Assembly (NCBI GenBank): GCA_947630765.1
Contig: CANRIX010000002.1
Coordinates: forward strand, 103,387 to 167,386
DNA: 64,000 bases
Direction of reading: 5' to 3'
Source: an uncultured Clostridia bacterium
GTDB taxonomy: Bacteria; Bacillota; Clostridia; Oscillospirales; CAG-382
The first letter of the stretch is position 1. Each line of letters starts with the position of its first letter. The notes beneath the pieces were generated by a model, which saw nothing but the letters and a program-made list of their open reading frames with translations, had not been told where the DNA came from and ran no database searches. Made by a program: the position numbers and the translations under genes. Shown here one piece after another: positions 27,174 to 35,561 of this stretch.

Positions 27174-28846
27174 GGCTTTCCCCCCGCACGGCGGCAGACG
27201 TTCACGACCTCCTCGCAGGTGATCGCGTTCGGGAAAAGCCCCCGTGCGATGCGGCTTGCGGCGGTCGTGTAGAAGCTGTTTCCGGCAAAAAAGTCGTGCG
27301 GGTCGCCCGCGGAAAGCACCTCGCCGTCGAACAGCAGGGCGCAGCGGTCGGCGTATTCCGCCGCGAATTCCACGTCGTGCGTCGCGAGCAGGACCGTCGT
27401 CCCGCCGTCCCGCAGTTCCCGCAGGAACCGCCCGAGGAAGCGCTTGTAGACCGCGTCGAGCCCTTTGGTCGGCTCGTCGAGCAGCAGCAGACGGGGCTTC
27501 GACAGCAGCAGCTTCGCGAGCGCACACTTCTGCTGCTCCCCGCCGCTCAGGTCGAACGGGTGCCGGTCGAGCAGGGACGTCACCCCCAGCCGTTCGGCTG
27601 CGGATACGGCGAGCGCTTCCCGTTCGCCGCGCGGGACGCCGAGCGCCTGCAGCAGGTCGAGGAAGTCCGCACGGACCGTGTTTTGCAGGAACACCGTCTG
27701 CGGGTTCTGCGGCAGGAGGGAAAGCCCGTTCCGATAGAGCGAACCGCCCCGGTAGGAGCCGACCGGTTTGCCGAGGACGCTGACCTTCCCGCGATAGGGC
27801 TTTTCCAGTCCGGCGATGACCTGCAGCGCCGTGGTCTTGCCCGCGCCGTTGCCGCCGAGCAGAAAGAAGCATTCCCCCGCTTCCACCCGCAGGGAGGTCC
27901 CGCGCAGGACGTCCGGGCTTTGCTTCGCGTAGCGGAAGTAGACCTCCCGCAGTTCGACCGCAGGTTCGCCCGTGCGTGCGGGGGATTCGAACGGCGTTTC
28001 GGACGGTTCGGACGGCGCATAGTGCGCTTCCAGGACCTCCCGCCCTTCCCGGACGGTCAGCGGGCAGTCCCCGGAAAGCCCGAGCGACCGAAAAATACGC
28101 ACTGCGCTCGGCAGTCCCGCCGAAAGCACGCACCCTTCCGGCAGCTTAGACGGGTCGCCGACCTCGCGGGGCGGACCGAACAGCACCGATTTTCCCGCTT
28201 CGAGCAGCAGCACCCTGTCCGCCAGCGGGAACGCTTCCTCCAGCCGGTGCTCCGCGAGCAGGACCGTGATGCCGAGCTCCCGGTTGAGCTTCCGAAGCGT
28301 CGAAAGGAATTCCGAAGCGGCGATCGGGTCGAGCTGACCGGTCGGTTCGTCGAGCAGTAACAACTTCGGCTGTAGGACCGTCGCGGACGCGAGGTTGACC
28401 AACTGCTTCTGCCCGCCCGAAAGCGTGTCCGTCGCCTGCCGGAACTGCGCTTCCAGCCCGAAATAGCTTGCCGTTTCCGCGACCCGACGGCGGATCACGT
28501 CGTTCGGCAGACCGAGGCTTTCCGCGCCGAACGCCAATTCGTGCCAGACCTTGTCCGTCACGATCTGCCCGTCCGGGTTCTGCCCGACAAAGCCGATGTC
28601 GGACGCGCTTTCACGCGCGTCGAGCGCTTCCTGCGGTCGACCGCCGAAAAGGATCCGTCCGTTTTTTTTGCCGTGCGGGGAAATTTCTCGCTTCAGCAGG
28701 CGCAGGAGCGTGGATTTCCCGCAGCCGGACGCCCCGCAGAGCAGCACGAATTCCCCCGCTTCCATGGAGAACGACAGGTCCGACAGGGCGTCCGCCTGTG
28801 CGTTCGGATAGCGGAAGGACAGATTTTCGACTTGCAGGAACGGCAT
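27170..28846 (-). CDS. Duplicated (A-A fused) ABC/ECF-transporter ATPase
   Basis: 558 aa from ATG 28846 (MPFLQVENLSFRY). Two Walker A motifs (GASGCGKST, GGNGAGKTT) and two LSGGQ-type signatures. Confidence 0.85.
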   Translation of the reverse strand: MPFLQVENLSFRYPNAQADALSDLSFSMEAGEFVLLCGASGCGKSTLLRLLKREISPHGKKNGRILFGGRPQEALDARESASDIGFVGQNPDGQIVTDKVWHELAFGAESLGLPNDVIRRRVAETASYFGLEAQFRQATDTLSGGQKQLVNLASATVLQPKLLLLDEPTGQLDPIAASEFLSTLRKLNRELGITVLLAEHRLEEAFPLADRVLLLEAGKSVLFGPPREVGDPSKLPEGCVLSAGLPSAVRIFRSLGLSGDCPLTVREGREVLEAHYAPSEPSETPFESPARTGEPAVELREVYFRYAKQSPDVLRGTSLRVEAGECFFLLGGNGAGKTTALQVIAGLEKPYRGKVSVLGKPVGSYRGGSLYRNGLSLLPQNPQTVFLQNTVRADFLDLLQALGVPRGEREALAVSAAERLGVTSLLDRHPFDLSGGEQQKCALAKLLLSKPRLLLLDEPTKGLDAVYKRFLGRFLRELRDGGTTVLLATHDVEFAAEYADRCALLFDGEVLSAGDPHDFFAGNSFYTTAASRIARGLFPNAITCEEVVNVCRRAGGKP

Positions 28847-28890
28847 GAACGGGCTCCTTTCGGGGAATATGACTTCACATAAAGATAAAA

Positions 28891-29092
28891 TACGATAAAA
28901 TATTGTTTCGGAGACGGACATGTGCCGGCTCCGAAACACCTTAAGAGAAAAATGGCGATGGCGGCGTCAGAAGTGGCGCAAGCCGAGCCATTTTTCGATG
29001 AAAAGGGGGGGCTTTGGGGGAAAAACGCAGAGCAAGACGGTGCGGCGACGAAGTCGCTGCCGGCACCGCGATTGCGTTTGTCCCCCAAAAAA
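28891..29092. repeat. Structured intergenic repeat, copy 2 of 3
   Basis: Same core as copy 1 with a few substitutions. Left hairpin 28906-28936 (TTTCGGAG A CGG ACATGTG CCG G CTCCGAAA). Right hairpin 29016-29086. Ends 2 nt from the TAA stop of the 71-aa gene. Confidence 0.85.
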
Positions 29093-29094
29093 CT

Positions 29095-29310
29095 TTACGT
29101 CTTCGGGTCTTGCTTTCTTGCCGGGAACAAGGTGCAGCCGTAGGACCGCCATTCCTCGATCTTCCCGCGCAGCAGCGCTTCCGACACGCCAAACCGCTTC
29201 GCGAGGCAGGGGACACACCGATACGCCGTCGACGCGCGGTTGATGAGCTTGCGGGTCGCGCCGATATCGTCCGGGGTCAGCGCCCGTCCGCAGTCAAGGC
29301 ATTCAGGCAT
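29095..29310 (-). CDS. Small CxxC...CxxC zinc-ribbon-like protein (71 aa)
   Basis: MPECLDCGRALTPDDIGATRKLINRASTAYRCVPCLAKRFGVSEALLRGKIEEWRSYGCTLF. 8-nt overlap with the GH27 gene end. Confidence 0.55.
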   Translation of the reverse strand: MPECLDCGRALTPDDIGATRKLINRASTAYRCVPCLAKRFGVSEALLRGKIEEWRSYGCTLFPARKQDPKT

Positions 29311-30436
29311 CTACGACGGAGCAGCGGAGCATGACGCAGCAGTGCGGCTCCATGTGGACCGACAGGTGGTCCTTGTGGACGCCCAGATCCTTGTCCGCCC
29401 AAATGTCGCGGACGCGGAGCGCCTTGCCGGAAACGCGGCCCAGCCCGATCTCCGTCAGGGCGAGCGTCGGGTAGAGCGGGCTGTCGCCGAAATTGAAGAA
29501 GCCGATGGCGATGTCGCCGCCTTCGAGGTAGCGCACCCACGCCTTCCACGCGAACCAGTCCTCCTGGATCATCGGCACGGCGAACGGCTGCCGGCAGGCG
29601 GGGTCCTGGTTGATGGCGAGGATCTCCTTATTCATCAGGATATCCTTGATATCCTGGGACAGATTGCGGATATCGCACCCGATCATCAGCGGCGAACCGA
29701 ACAACGCCCAGACCGAGAAATGCGTGCGGTACTCCTCGAGCGTGCAGCCGCCCATACCGACGTTGCCCTTGCCGCCCATGCCGACGACGAGCATATCCAT
29801 GTCGTTGAAGCAGCCCTGCCCGTTGGTCGGGAGCAGCCGGACCTGCTTTTCGGCGATGTCCTTGATGGAAGCCCAGCTGTCGTTGATGTCGCCGGTCGAG
29901 CGCCACATGTGCGCACCGGTCTCCTTGATCCAGTTCTGGCTTTCCTCCGCGCCCCAGTTGCAGGCGGAGAAGAGGATGTCGCGTCCGCAGTTCGCCAGCG
30001 CAAGCCCCATGCGCTTGTAGAGCAGGCGGCCGGAATAGCTGAGCGGGCGGTTGCAGTTGTCGTATTTCAGGAAGTCGACGCCCCACTCGGCGAAGGTCTT
30101 CGCGTCGATGAATTCATGATCGAAGGAGCTCGGGTATCCCGCACAGGTCAGCGTCCCGTTGCAGGAATACATGCCGAACTTCAGCCCCTTGCTGTGGACG
30201 TAATCGGCGACGGCCTTCATGCCGCTCGGGAACTTTTCCGGGTCGGCGACCAGCTCGTCCTTTTCGTTGCGCTCCCGCAGGGACCAGCAGTCGTCGATGA
30301 CCAGATATTCGTATCCGGCGTCCCGCAGGCCGGTTTCGACCATCGCGTCCGCCATTTCGCGAATGAGTTGTTCGTTGATGTTGGAGCCGAAGGTGTTCCA
30401 GGAATTCCAGCCCAACGGGGGTGTCTTGACGATCAT
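29303..30436 (-). CDS. Glycoside hydrolase family 27 alpha-galactosidase-like enzyme
   Basis: PPLGWNSWN, YEYLVIDDCW and FLKYDNC motifs. Start trimmed to ATG 30436 (MIVKTPPLGWNSW), because the track start lies inside the promoter -35 box. Confidence 0.85.
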   Translation of the reverse strand: MIVKTPPLGWNSWNTFGSNINEQLIREMADAMVETGLRDAGYEYLVIDDCWSLRERNEKDELVADPEKFPSGMKAVADYVHSKGLKFGMYSCNGTLTCAGYPSSFDHEFIDAKTFAEWGVDFLKYDNCNRPLSYSGRLLYKRMGLALANCGRDILFSACNWGAEESQNWIKETGAHMWRSTGDINDSWASIKDIAEKQVRLLPTNGQGCFNDMDMLVVGMGGKGNVGMGGCTLEEYRTHFSVWALFGSPLMIGCDIRNLSQDIKDILMNKEILAINQDPACRQPFAVPMIQEDWFAWKAWVRYLEGGDIAIGFFNFGDSPLYPTLALTEIGLGRVSGKALRVRDIWADKDLGVHKDHLSVHMEPHCCVMLRCSVVDA

Positions 30437-30488
30437 GGGGGGTACCATCCTTTTTTTACAGTTTTTGACATCTTGCGTTGCCGGAAAC

Positions 30489-30517
30489 ATTGTAGCATAC
30501 TTTTTTCCCGATTGCAA
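30489..30517 (-). promoter_or_regulatory. GH27 promoter (TTGCAA-17-TACAAT)
   Basis: Minus strand reads TTGCAAtcgggaaaaaagtatgcTACAAT. Confidence 0.45.
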
Positions 30518-30671
30518 GACAAAAACTTGATTTTTTCCATTTTTTTGCGCCGGACGACCCGAAAAAAATTCCGCGCATAAAGCGCATACGGCGCGTGGAT
30601 ACTATCGGTGCAGGCATTTCGCGCTTTTGGCGGAATGCCGGATTCGATTGAAACAAAAGGAGTCAGGATTC

Positions 30672-31004
30672 ATGAAGAGCAGACGGATCTTGCTGTTGCT
30701 GGCGATCCTGACCGCACTGGTGTGCTTTGCCGGTTGCGGCGACGACAGCGACGGGAATACTTCCGGCAGTGCCGAAAGCAACGGCGTGATCTCCGACGAA
30801 AGCGCGAGCCGTGGGGACAGCATGGTTTCGACGGACAGCGATATGGGTTCGTCGGACGAAAGCGGCGCGGACTCCGACGGTTCGGGCGGCGTGCTGTCCG
30901 ACGTCATGTCCGACGCGGGCGACGTGGTTTCCGACGTGGTATCCGGCGTCGAGGACGGCGCGTCCGACCTGTTCGGGGACAGCACTTCCGAAACGCAGGG
31001 CTGA
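30672..31004 (+). CDS. Acidic Ser/Asp-rich lipoprotein
   Basis: AAAGGAG SD then ATG 30672. Signal peptide with lipobox LVCFAGC. The rest is a low-complexity D/S/G-rich sequence. Confidence 0.6.
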   Translation: MKSRRILLLLAILTALVCFAGCGDDSDGNTSGSAESNGVISDESASRGDSMVSTDSDMGSSDESGADSDGSGGVLSDVMSDAGDVVSDVVSGVEDGASDLFGDSTSETQG

Positions 31005-31018
31005 CGGAAAAAGGAAGG

Positions 31019-31056
31019 AAAGGCGTGTTCCGCGTCGGCGGCGCACGCCTTTTTCG
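31019..31056 (+). terminator. Intrinsic terminator after the lipoprotein gene
   Basis: AAAGGCGTG...CACGCCTTT followed by TTTTCG. Confidence 0.55.
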
Positions 31057-31098
31057 TCGTTCGGAAAGGATTTCATCCGAAAAAATCGCGTTTTCCTA

Positions 31099-31127
31099 TT
31101 GACGCAGGCTGAAAAAAAGTGTATAAT
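31099..31127 (+). promoter_or_regulatory. Promoter of the dockerin-protein gene (TTGACG-17-TATAAT)
   Basis: TTGACGcaggctgaaaaaaagtgTATAAT, 37 nt upstream of ATG 31164. Confidence 0.5.
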
Positions 31128-31163
31128 CAAATCGAAAGAAAATGAAGAAGGAGCGGATTTTTC

Positions 31164-33194
31164 ATGCGTATGAAAAGAACCCTATGCCTCGTGCTGTTTG
31201 CGGTGCTGGCGGTCGCTTCGCTTTTGCAGGCGCTCCCGGCGCTTCCCGCTTCCGCAGAGGAGCCGCTTGTAAATATCGCGCGCGGCTGTTCCTACACGTC
31301 CTCCGATCCGTATATACTGGATTTGGACAAGAATCCCGGTACATACCGCGATAAGAAGTACAACGAACTGACCGACGGCGTCAAGGGGCATTCCCTTTAC
31401 GGGCCGGAATGGTATGCCTATAACGGTGCGAACGCCTACACGGTCACGATCGACCTCGGCTCGGTCCGCTCCGGCATCACCCGGCTTGCCGCCGAATTCT
31501 GCGACAACAACGGCGCCGCCGTTTATCTGCCCGTGAATCCGAAGTTTGCCGGGTCGACGGACGGCAAAACCTTCACGGACATCGGAAAACCGTGGGACGC
31601 GATGGCGGTGAAGGGTGCGGAAAAGACCGCGTACCATACCTATTATCTCGACCTCGACCAATCGGTTTCCTACCGCTATATCCGGCTGACCTTCGATAAG
31701 GGCGGGTTCTTCGTGTTCCTATCCGAAGTCGAGGTGTTCACCGGCTACGTTTCCGATTTGATCTTCCGTGAAGGCGACGCCTACCGTGACACGTCGGACA
31801 ATACGGTCTGCGGGCTGCGTGCCGGGACGACGGTCGGGGAGTTCCTTTCGCAGCTCAACACCCGTTCCGGCGTCACCTTGCTGGACGCGAAAGGAAACGC
31901 CAAGACGACCGGCCTTGTCGCGACCGGCGACGTGCTGGAAAAGAAGCAGGCGAGCGGAAGCGCGACGCGATTGCCCGTCGTCATTCTCGGCGACGTCAAC
32001 GGAGACGGGAAAGTGAATGCTACGGACTATATGCTGCTCAAGCGGCACGTCCTGCGGACATATTCGATCCCGGAAAAGAACCGCAAGGCGGCGAATATTT
32101 CCGCATCAGACGGAATCAACGCCACGGACTATATGCTGCTCAAGCGGCATGTGCTGGGCACATACAATATCTATGGCAATTCGCAGGGCGCAACGGATGA
32201 AGGCGGTCGCGGGGACGTGACGAGCGAATACCGCAATATGGATACGTCCGACAACATCGAAACCCTCACGAGCCATGCCATGACCTTCAGTCGCACGGCG
32301 GAAACCACCTACAGCGTGACCTGCCAGACCTACGGCGGGACGCTGCTGCTGACCTTCTACCGCACCGGCTGGGGCACCTATAACCTCGGCAAGTGGCAAT
32401 TGACCGACGGCGACGGTTCGCATACGTTCATCGCCGGGGCGACCGACTGGGAGTACGTTTACCGTGTCGCGCCGTCGGCGAGCGCCGGCTGGGTCTGGTC
32501 CGGCGGCAACCACGCCAACGAGAAACTGCGTTCCCTGCATTTCTATGACGGCAAGACGAACAAGGAACTTTCGCTCTCCGTCGGGCAGTCGGTTTCGGTA
32601 GACAACCTGAAGATCGTCGAGGAGACCACGCTGTATTGGGATCCGGCCGGTTCGGACGGGAAATACAATTACAGCGAGAGCAACCGCTACTGCGACGCGG
32701 TCCGCACCTATGCGATCGTCGGTCCGCAGATCCGTCTTGCCGTGGATTACGATTACTGCTACGGCAAGGACGCCTACTACGATACCTCCTATACCTGCAT
32801 GTTCCCGATCGAAAAGCTCTACGGCCTTTACTGCGCCTTCCTTGACGGCAAGGAGAACCTCCTTTCCGTCGTCGAAACGCTCAAGAAGGGCGACCCGACC
32901 TACAACGGGAAGCAGTATGACGGCAACGCGGCGGAACGCTGCGTCGTCTGGGGCTACGACGGACGGGAAAAGTACAAGTTCGACGTGCGCGTCCTGACGC
33001 CGGATACCAGCTGCAACAACTTCGACAACAAGATGAAGGTCTCCTTCTGGGACATGAATACGACGACCAATAAGATCTACTTCTCCAAGTTCCCGAAAGG
33101 AAACTACGCTGCCGGGAGCGCGGGAAGCGCGAAGCAAAAGATTTCCGCCGGAAGCCAGATCCACACGGAATGCCAGTGGACGTTCTACGAGTAA
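31164..33194 (+). CDS. Secreted multidomain protein: signal peptide, F5/8-type-C (CBM32-like) domain, internal type-I dockerin, about 330-aa C-terminal domain of unknown function
   Basis: Signal peptide ...LPALPASA. Discoidin-like region ending YRYIRLTF. Dockerin duplicated segments GDVNGDGKVNATDYMLLKRHVL and SDGINATDYMLLKRHVL. Confidence 0.75.
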   Translation: MRMKRTLCLVLFAVLAVASLLQALPALPASAEEPLVNIARGCSYTSSDPYILDLDKNPGTYRDKKYNELTDGVKGHSLYGPEWYAYNGANAYTVTIDLGSVRSGITRLAAEFCDNNGAAVYLPVNPKFAGSTDGKTFTDIGKPWDAMAVKGAEKTAYHTYYLDLDQSVSYRYIRLTFDKGGFFVFLSEVEVFTGYVSDLIFREGDAYRDTSDNTVCGLRAGTTVGEFLSQLNTRSGVTLLDAKGNAKTTGLVATGDVLEKKQASGSATRLPVVILGDVNGDGKVNATDYMLLKRHVLRTYSIPEKNRKAANISASDGINATDYMLLKRHVLGTYNIYGNSQGATDEGGRGDVTSEYRNMDTSDNIETLTSHAMTFSRTAETTYSVTCQTYGGTLLLTFYRTGWGTYNLGKWQLTDGDGSHTFIAGATDWEYVYRVAPSASAGWVWSGGNHANEKLRSLHFYDGKTNKELSLSVGQSVSVDNLKIVEETTLYWDPAGSDGKYNYSESNRYCDAVRTYAIVGPQIRLAVDYDYCYGKDAYYDTSYTCMFPIEKLYGLYCAFLDGKENLLSVVETLKKGDPTYNGKQYDGNAAERCVVWGYDGREKYKFDVRVLTPDTSCNNFDNKMKVSFWDMNTTTNKIYFSKFPKGNYAAGSAGSAKQKISAGSQIHTECQWTFYE

Positions 33195-33225
33195 ACGCGG
33201 AACCGTTCCACGGAAAGGATTTCCC

Positions 33226-33507
33226 TTGCGAAAGAAGTTTTTTCAACCGCTCCCGCTTGCGGCCGGGATCCTGCTTGCGGTGACGGGGGTGCTCAACTGC
33301 GTCGGTGGTTTCCTGCTCCCGCCGCAGTTCTCGAGCGGAACGTCCCGCGTGCCGACGCTCTCGTTCCTCGTGGGCGGCATCCTGCTCGTCGGCGTGAGCG
33401 GCATCATGGCGGTATTCGGTCCGAAGCCGAAGAAATGGATGATTTTGGAGTCCGTTCTCGCTTTCGCGGACGCCGCGATGCTGGTCTATAACCTTTTCCT
33501 GCTTTGA
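33226..33507 (+). CDS. Small membrane protein (93 aa, 3 TM), TTG start
   Basis: GAAAGGA SD 6 nt upstream of TTG 33226, and three hydrophobic helices. No family recognised. Confidence 0.4.
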   Translation: MRKKFFQPLPLAAGILLAVTGVLNCVGGFLLPPQFSSGTSRVPTLSFLVGGILLVGVSGIMAVFGPKPKKWMILESVLAFADAAMLVYNLFLL

Positions 33508-33555
33508 AAAAAATATAAAATAAACAGAACAAAGTTTTTTGGGAGGATCTGCTTA

Positions 33556-34386
33556 ATGAAAAAGATTTTAACTGTCACCCTCGCGTTCGTGCTGGCGTTT
33601 TCGGCGTTCAGCCTGTTGGCCGTCTCTGCGGAGACGAGGGAACCGCTCTGCGTTTTCAACGTCAAGGGCGTCAACGGTATGATCGGCGGCGAGGACTGCG
33701 TGCTCTTTACGACGCAGGACGCTTACAACAGCGGCAACCCCAACTGGGCGATCACGATCCTGCTTGAGGTCAAGGACGACGGCACGCTGGTCGTCAAGGA
33801 GAAGGCGATCGCAGGGCAAGGTGCGGTCCCTGCCGGCGTGAAGGTCGGCGACGGCGTGGTCGCGCTGGTCGTGCATTCCGCCGCCTCCAAGGTGGAGGAT
33901 AAGGATACCTATCCCAACGTCGAAGCGAAGCTCGCCGCGCAGGAAGCGGACGTCGGCATGACCGTCGTGCTCGACGGCATCGACCTCGAAAACGCGTCCG
34001 GCGAAGGCACGGCGACGCTCTATCCGGCGGCGTCCGGCGGTACGGACGGCTCGTCCTCCGCCGCGTCGTCTGCGGCTTCGTCGGAAGCCTCGTCCGAAGC
34101 ATCGTCTGAAGCTTCGTCTGCCGCTTCCTCGGAGACCTCGTCTGCCGCGTCGTCTGAAACTTCTTCCGCGGCGTCCTCGGCGGTTTCGTCCGAAGCGTCG
34201 TCCGCCGCGTCGTCTGCGGCTTCCTCCGCGGTGACTTCCGCGCCGCAGTCGTCGAGTGCAGCGTCGTCGGAAACCTCCACGTCTGACGGCGGTCTTTCGG
34301 GCGGTGTGATCGCGGTCATCGTGATCGCGGCCGTGGTCATCGTCGCCGCAGTCATCGCGATCGTGGTCGTGAAGCGCAAGAAGTAA
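33556..34386 (+). CDS. Cell-surface protein: signal peptide, about 140-aa globular domain, Ser/Ala-rich repeat linker, C-terminal TM anchor + KRKK
   Basis: MKKILTVTLAFVLAFSAFSLLAVSA signal. SSAASS/SEASS repeats. C-terminal VIAVIVIAAVVIVAAVIAIVVVKRKK. Confidence 0.6.
   Translation: MKKILTVTLAFVLAFSAFSLLAVSAETREPLCVFNVKGVNGMIGGEDCVLFTTQDAYNSGNPNWAITILLEVKDDGTLVVKEKAIAGQGAVPAGVKVGDGVVALVVHSAASKVEDKDTYPNVEAKLAAQEADVGMTVVLDGIDLENASGEGTATLYPAASGGTDGSSSAASSAASSEASSEASSEASSAASSETSSAASSETSSAASSAVSSEASSAASSAASSAVTSAPQSSSAASSETSTSDGGLSGGVIAVIVIAAVVIVAAVIAIVVVKRKK
34050..34290 (+). repeat. Imperfect 15-nt tandem repeats encoding SS(A/E)(A/T)S units (inside the CDS)
   Basis: Reiterated tcgtc(c/t)gc(c/g)gc(g/t)/gaagc(c/t/a) units give the run SSAASSAASSEASSEASSEASSAASSETSSAASSETSSAASSAVSSEASSAASSAASS. 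Confidence 0.65.
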
Positions 34387-34393
34387 ATCGAAT

Positions 34394-34485
34394 ATACGCC
34401 GGGGAGCTTGCAGACAGGCTGAGAGGAAGGTGCGCCCTTCGACCCGTGACCTGATTTGGATAATGCCAACGTAGGGAACTTTCAG
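34394..34485 (+). promoter_or_regulatory. TPP (THI-box) riboswitch aptamer
   Basis: Conserved elements GGGGAGC...CTGAGA...ACCC...ACCTGATTTGGATAATGCCAACGTAGGGAA, directly upstream of thiS. Confidence 0.85.
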
Positions 34486-34499
34486 CGATTGCTTGCATC

Positions 34500-34538
34500 A
34501 GCGGGAAGCTGCCGGAAACGGGCGGCTTCCCGCCTTTT
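34500..34538 (+). terminator. Riboswitch expression-platform terminator
   Basis: GCGGGAAGC-tgccggaaacgggcg-GCTTCCCGC followed by CTTTTG. Confidence 0.6.
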
Positions 34539-34557
34539 GAAAGGACGTGATTTTTCA

Positions 34558-34752
34558 TTGGTAGTCGTCAACGGAAATGCCGAACAGGCGGCGGGGAAAA
34601 CGGTCGCGGACTATCTGCGCGAGACCGGGACCGACCCGCAGCGGGTCGCCGTCGAACGGAACGGAGAGATCCTGCCGCGTGCGCAGTACGCCGAGACCCG
34701 TTTGGAGGACGGCGATGTCGTGGAGATCGTCCGCTTCGTCGGCGGGGGCTGA
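34558..34752 (+). CDS. thiS: Sulfur-carrier protein ThiS
   Basis: 64 aa ending [10 protein letters not shown] (C-terminal GG). TTG 34558 chosen because the upstream part of the track ORF lies inside the riboswitch. Confidence 0.75.
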   Translation: MVVVNGNAEQAAGKTVADYLRETGTDPQRVAVERNGEILPRAQYAETRLEDGDVVEIVRFVGGG

Positions 34753-34778
34753 AAAAAGCCGGAAAGGATAGGAATGCT

Positions 34779-35546
34779 ATGCAAGATACATGGACATTGG
34801 GCGGACGGACCTTCACGTCCCGCTTCATACTCGGTTCGGGGAAGTATTCGCTCAAGCTGATCGAAGCGGCGGTGCGGGACGCGGGGGCGGAGATGATCAC
34901 CCTCGCCGTTCGCCGGACCAACACGAAGGAAAGCGAGAATATCCTCGACTATATCCCGCAAAACGTCACGCTTCTGCCGAACACGTCCGGCGCAAGGACC
35001 GCCGAGGAAGCGATTCGCATCGCGCGGCTCGCGCGGGAGCTCGGCTGCGGGGATTTCGTCAAGGTGGAGATCATACGGGACAGCAAGTACCTTCTGCCGG
35101 ACAACGCGGAAACGGTCAAGGCGACGTCGATGCTCGCGGACGAGGGGTTCGTCGTTCTGCCGTATATGTACCCCGACCTGTACGCGGCCCGCGACCTCGT
35201 CAAGGCGGGTGCGGCGGCGGTCATGCCGCTCGCGTCGCCGATCGGCTCGAACCGGGGGCTTGCCGCGAAGGATTTCCTGCAGATCCTGCTGGACGAGATC
35301 GAACTGCCGATCATCGTCGACGCCGGGATCGGCCGCCCCTCGCAGGCGTGCGAGGCGATGGAGATGGGCGCTTCCGCCGTCATGGTGAATACGGCGCTCG
35401 CGACGGCGGGAGACCTGCCGCTGATGGCGAACGCGTTCCGGCAGGCGGTGGAGGCGGGGCGGAACGCTTACCGTTCCGGGCTCGGGCGGGTGCTGACGCG
35501 CGGTGCGTCCGCGTCCGACCCGCTGACCGGGTTCCTGCGGGATTGA
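34779..35546 (+). CDS. thiG: Thiazole synthase
   Basis: 255 aa. [16 protein letters not shown] and the PIIVDAGIG motif. Confidence 0.9.
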   Translation: MQDTWTLGGRTFTSRFILGSGKYSLKLIEAAVRDAGAEMITLAVRRTNTKESENILDYIPQNVTLLPNTSGARTAEEAIRIARLARELGCGDFVKVEIIRDSKYLLPDNAETVKATSMLADEGFVVLPYMYPDLYAARDLVKAGAAAVMPLASPIGSNRGLAAKDFLQILLDEIELPIIVDAGIGRPSQACEAMEMGASAVMVNTALATAGDLPLMANAFRQAVEAGRNAYRSGLGRVLTRGASASDPLTGFLRD

Positions 35547-35561
35547 ACGGAGGCGAGGAGT

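Noticed and set aside
26508-28133. 541-aa minus-strand ORF
   Set aside because: The S-component frame continues stop-free upstream and overlaps the ATPase gene out of frame. The true start is ATG 27173 (MNRRKVLSRVLL).
28847-28939. N-terminal extension of the ABC ATPase to ATG 28939 (track ORF of 589 aa)
   Set aside because: The extension begins inside the loop of repeat hairpin 1 (ACATGT) and encodes non-conserved sequence. MPFLQVENLSFRY at 28846, preceded by GAAAGGAG, is the canonical ATPase N-terminus.
32022-32149. 26-nt perfect direct repeat (acggactatatgctgctcaagcggca) 102 nt apart
   Set aside because: It is explained by the two homologous Ca-binding segments of a type-I dockerin within the CDS.
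34050-34290. Tandem repeats considered as a possible CRISPR or minisatellite locus
   Set aside because: The units are only 15 nt, contiguous, in frame and inside a CDS, where they encode a Ser/Ala linker. There is no spacer structure.
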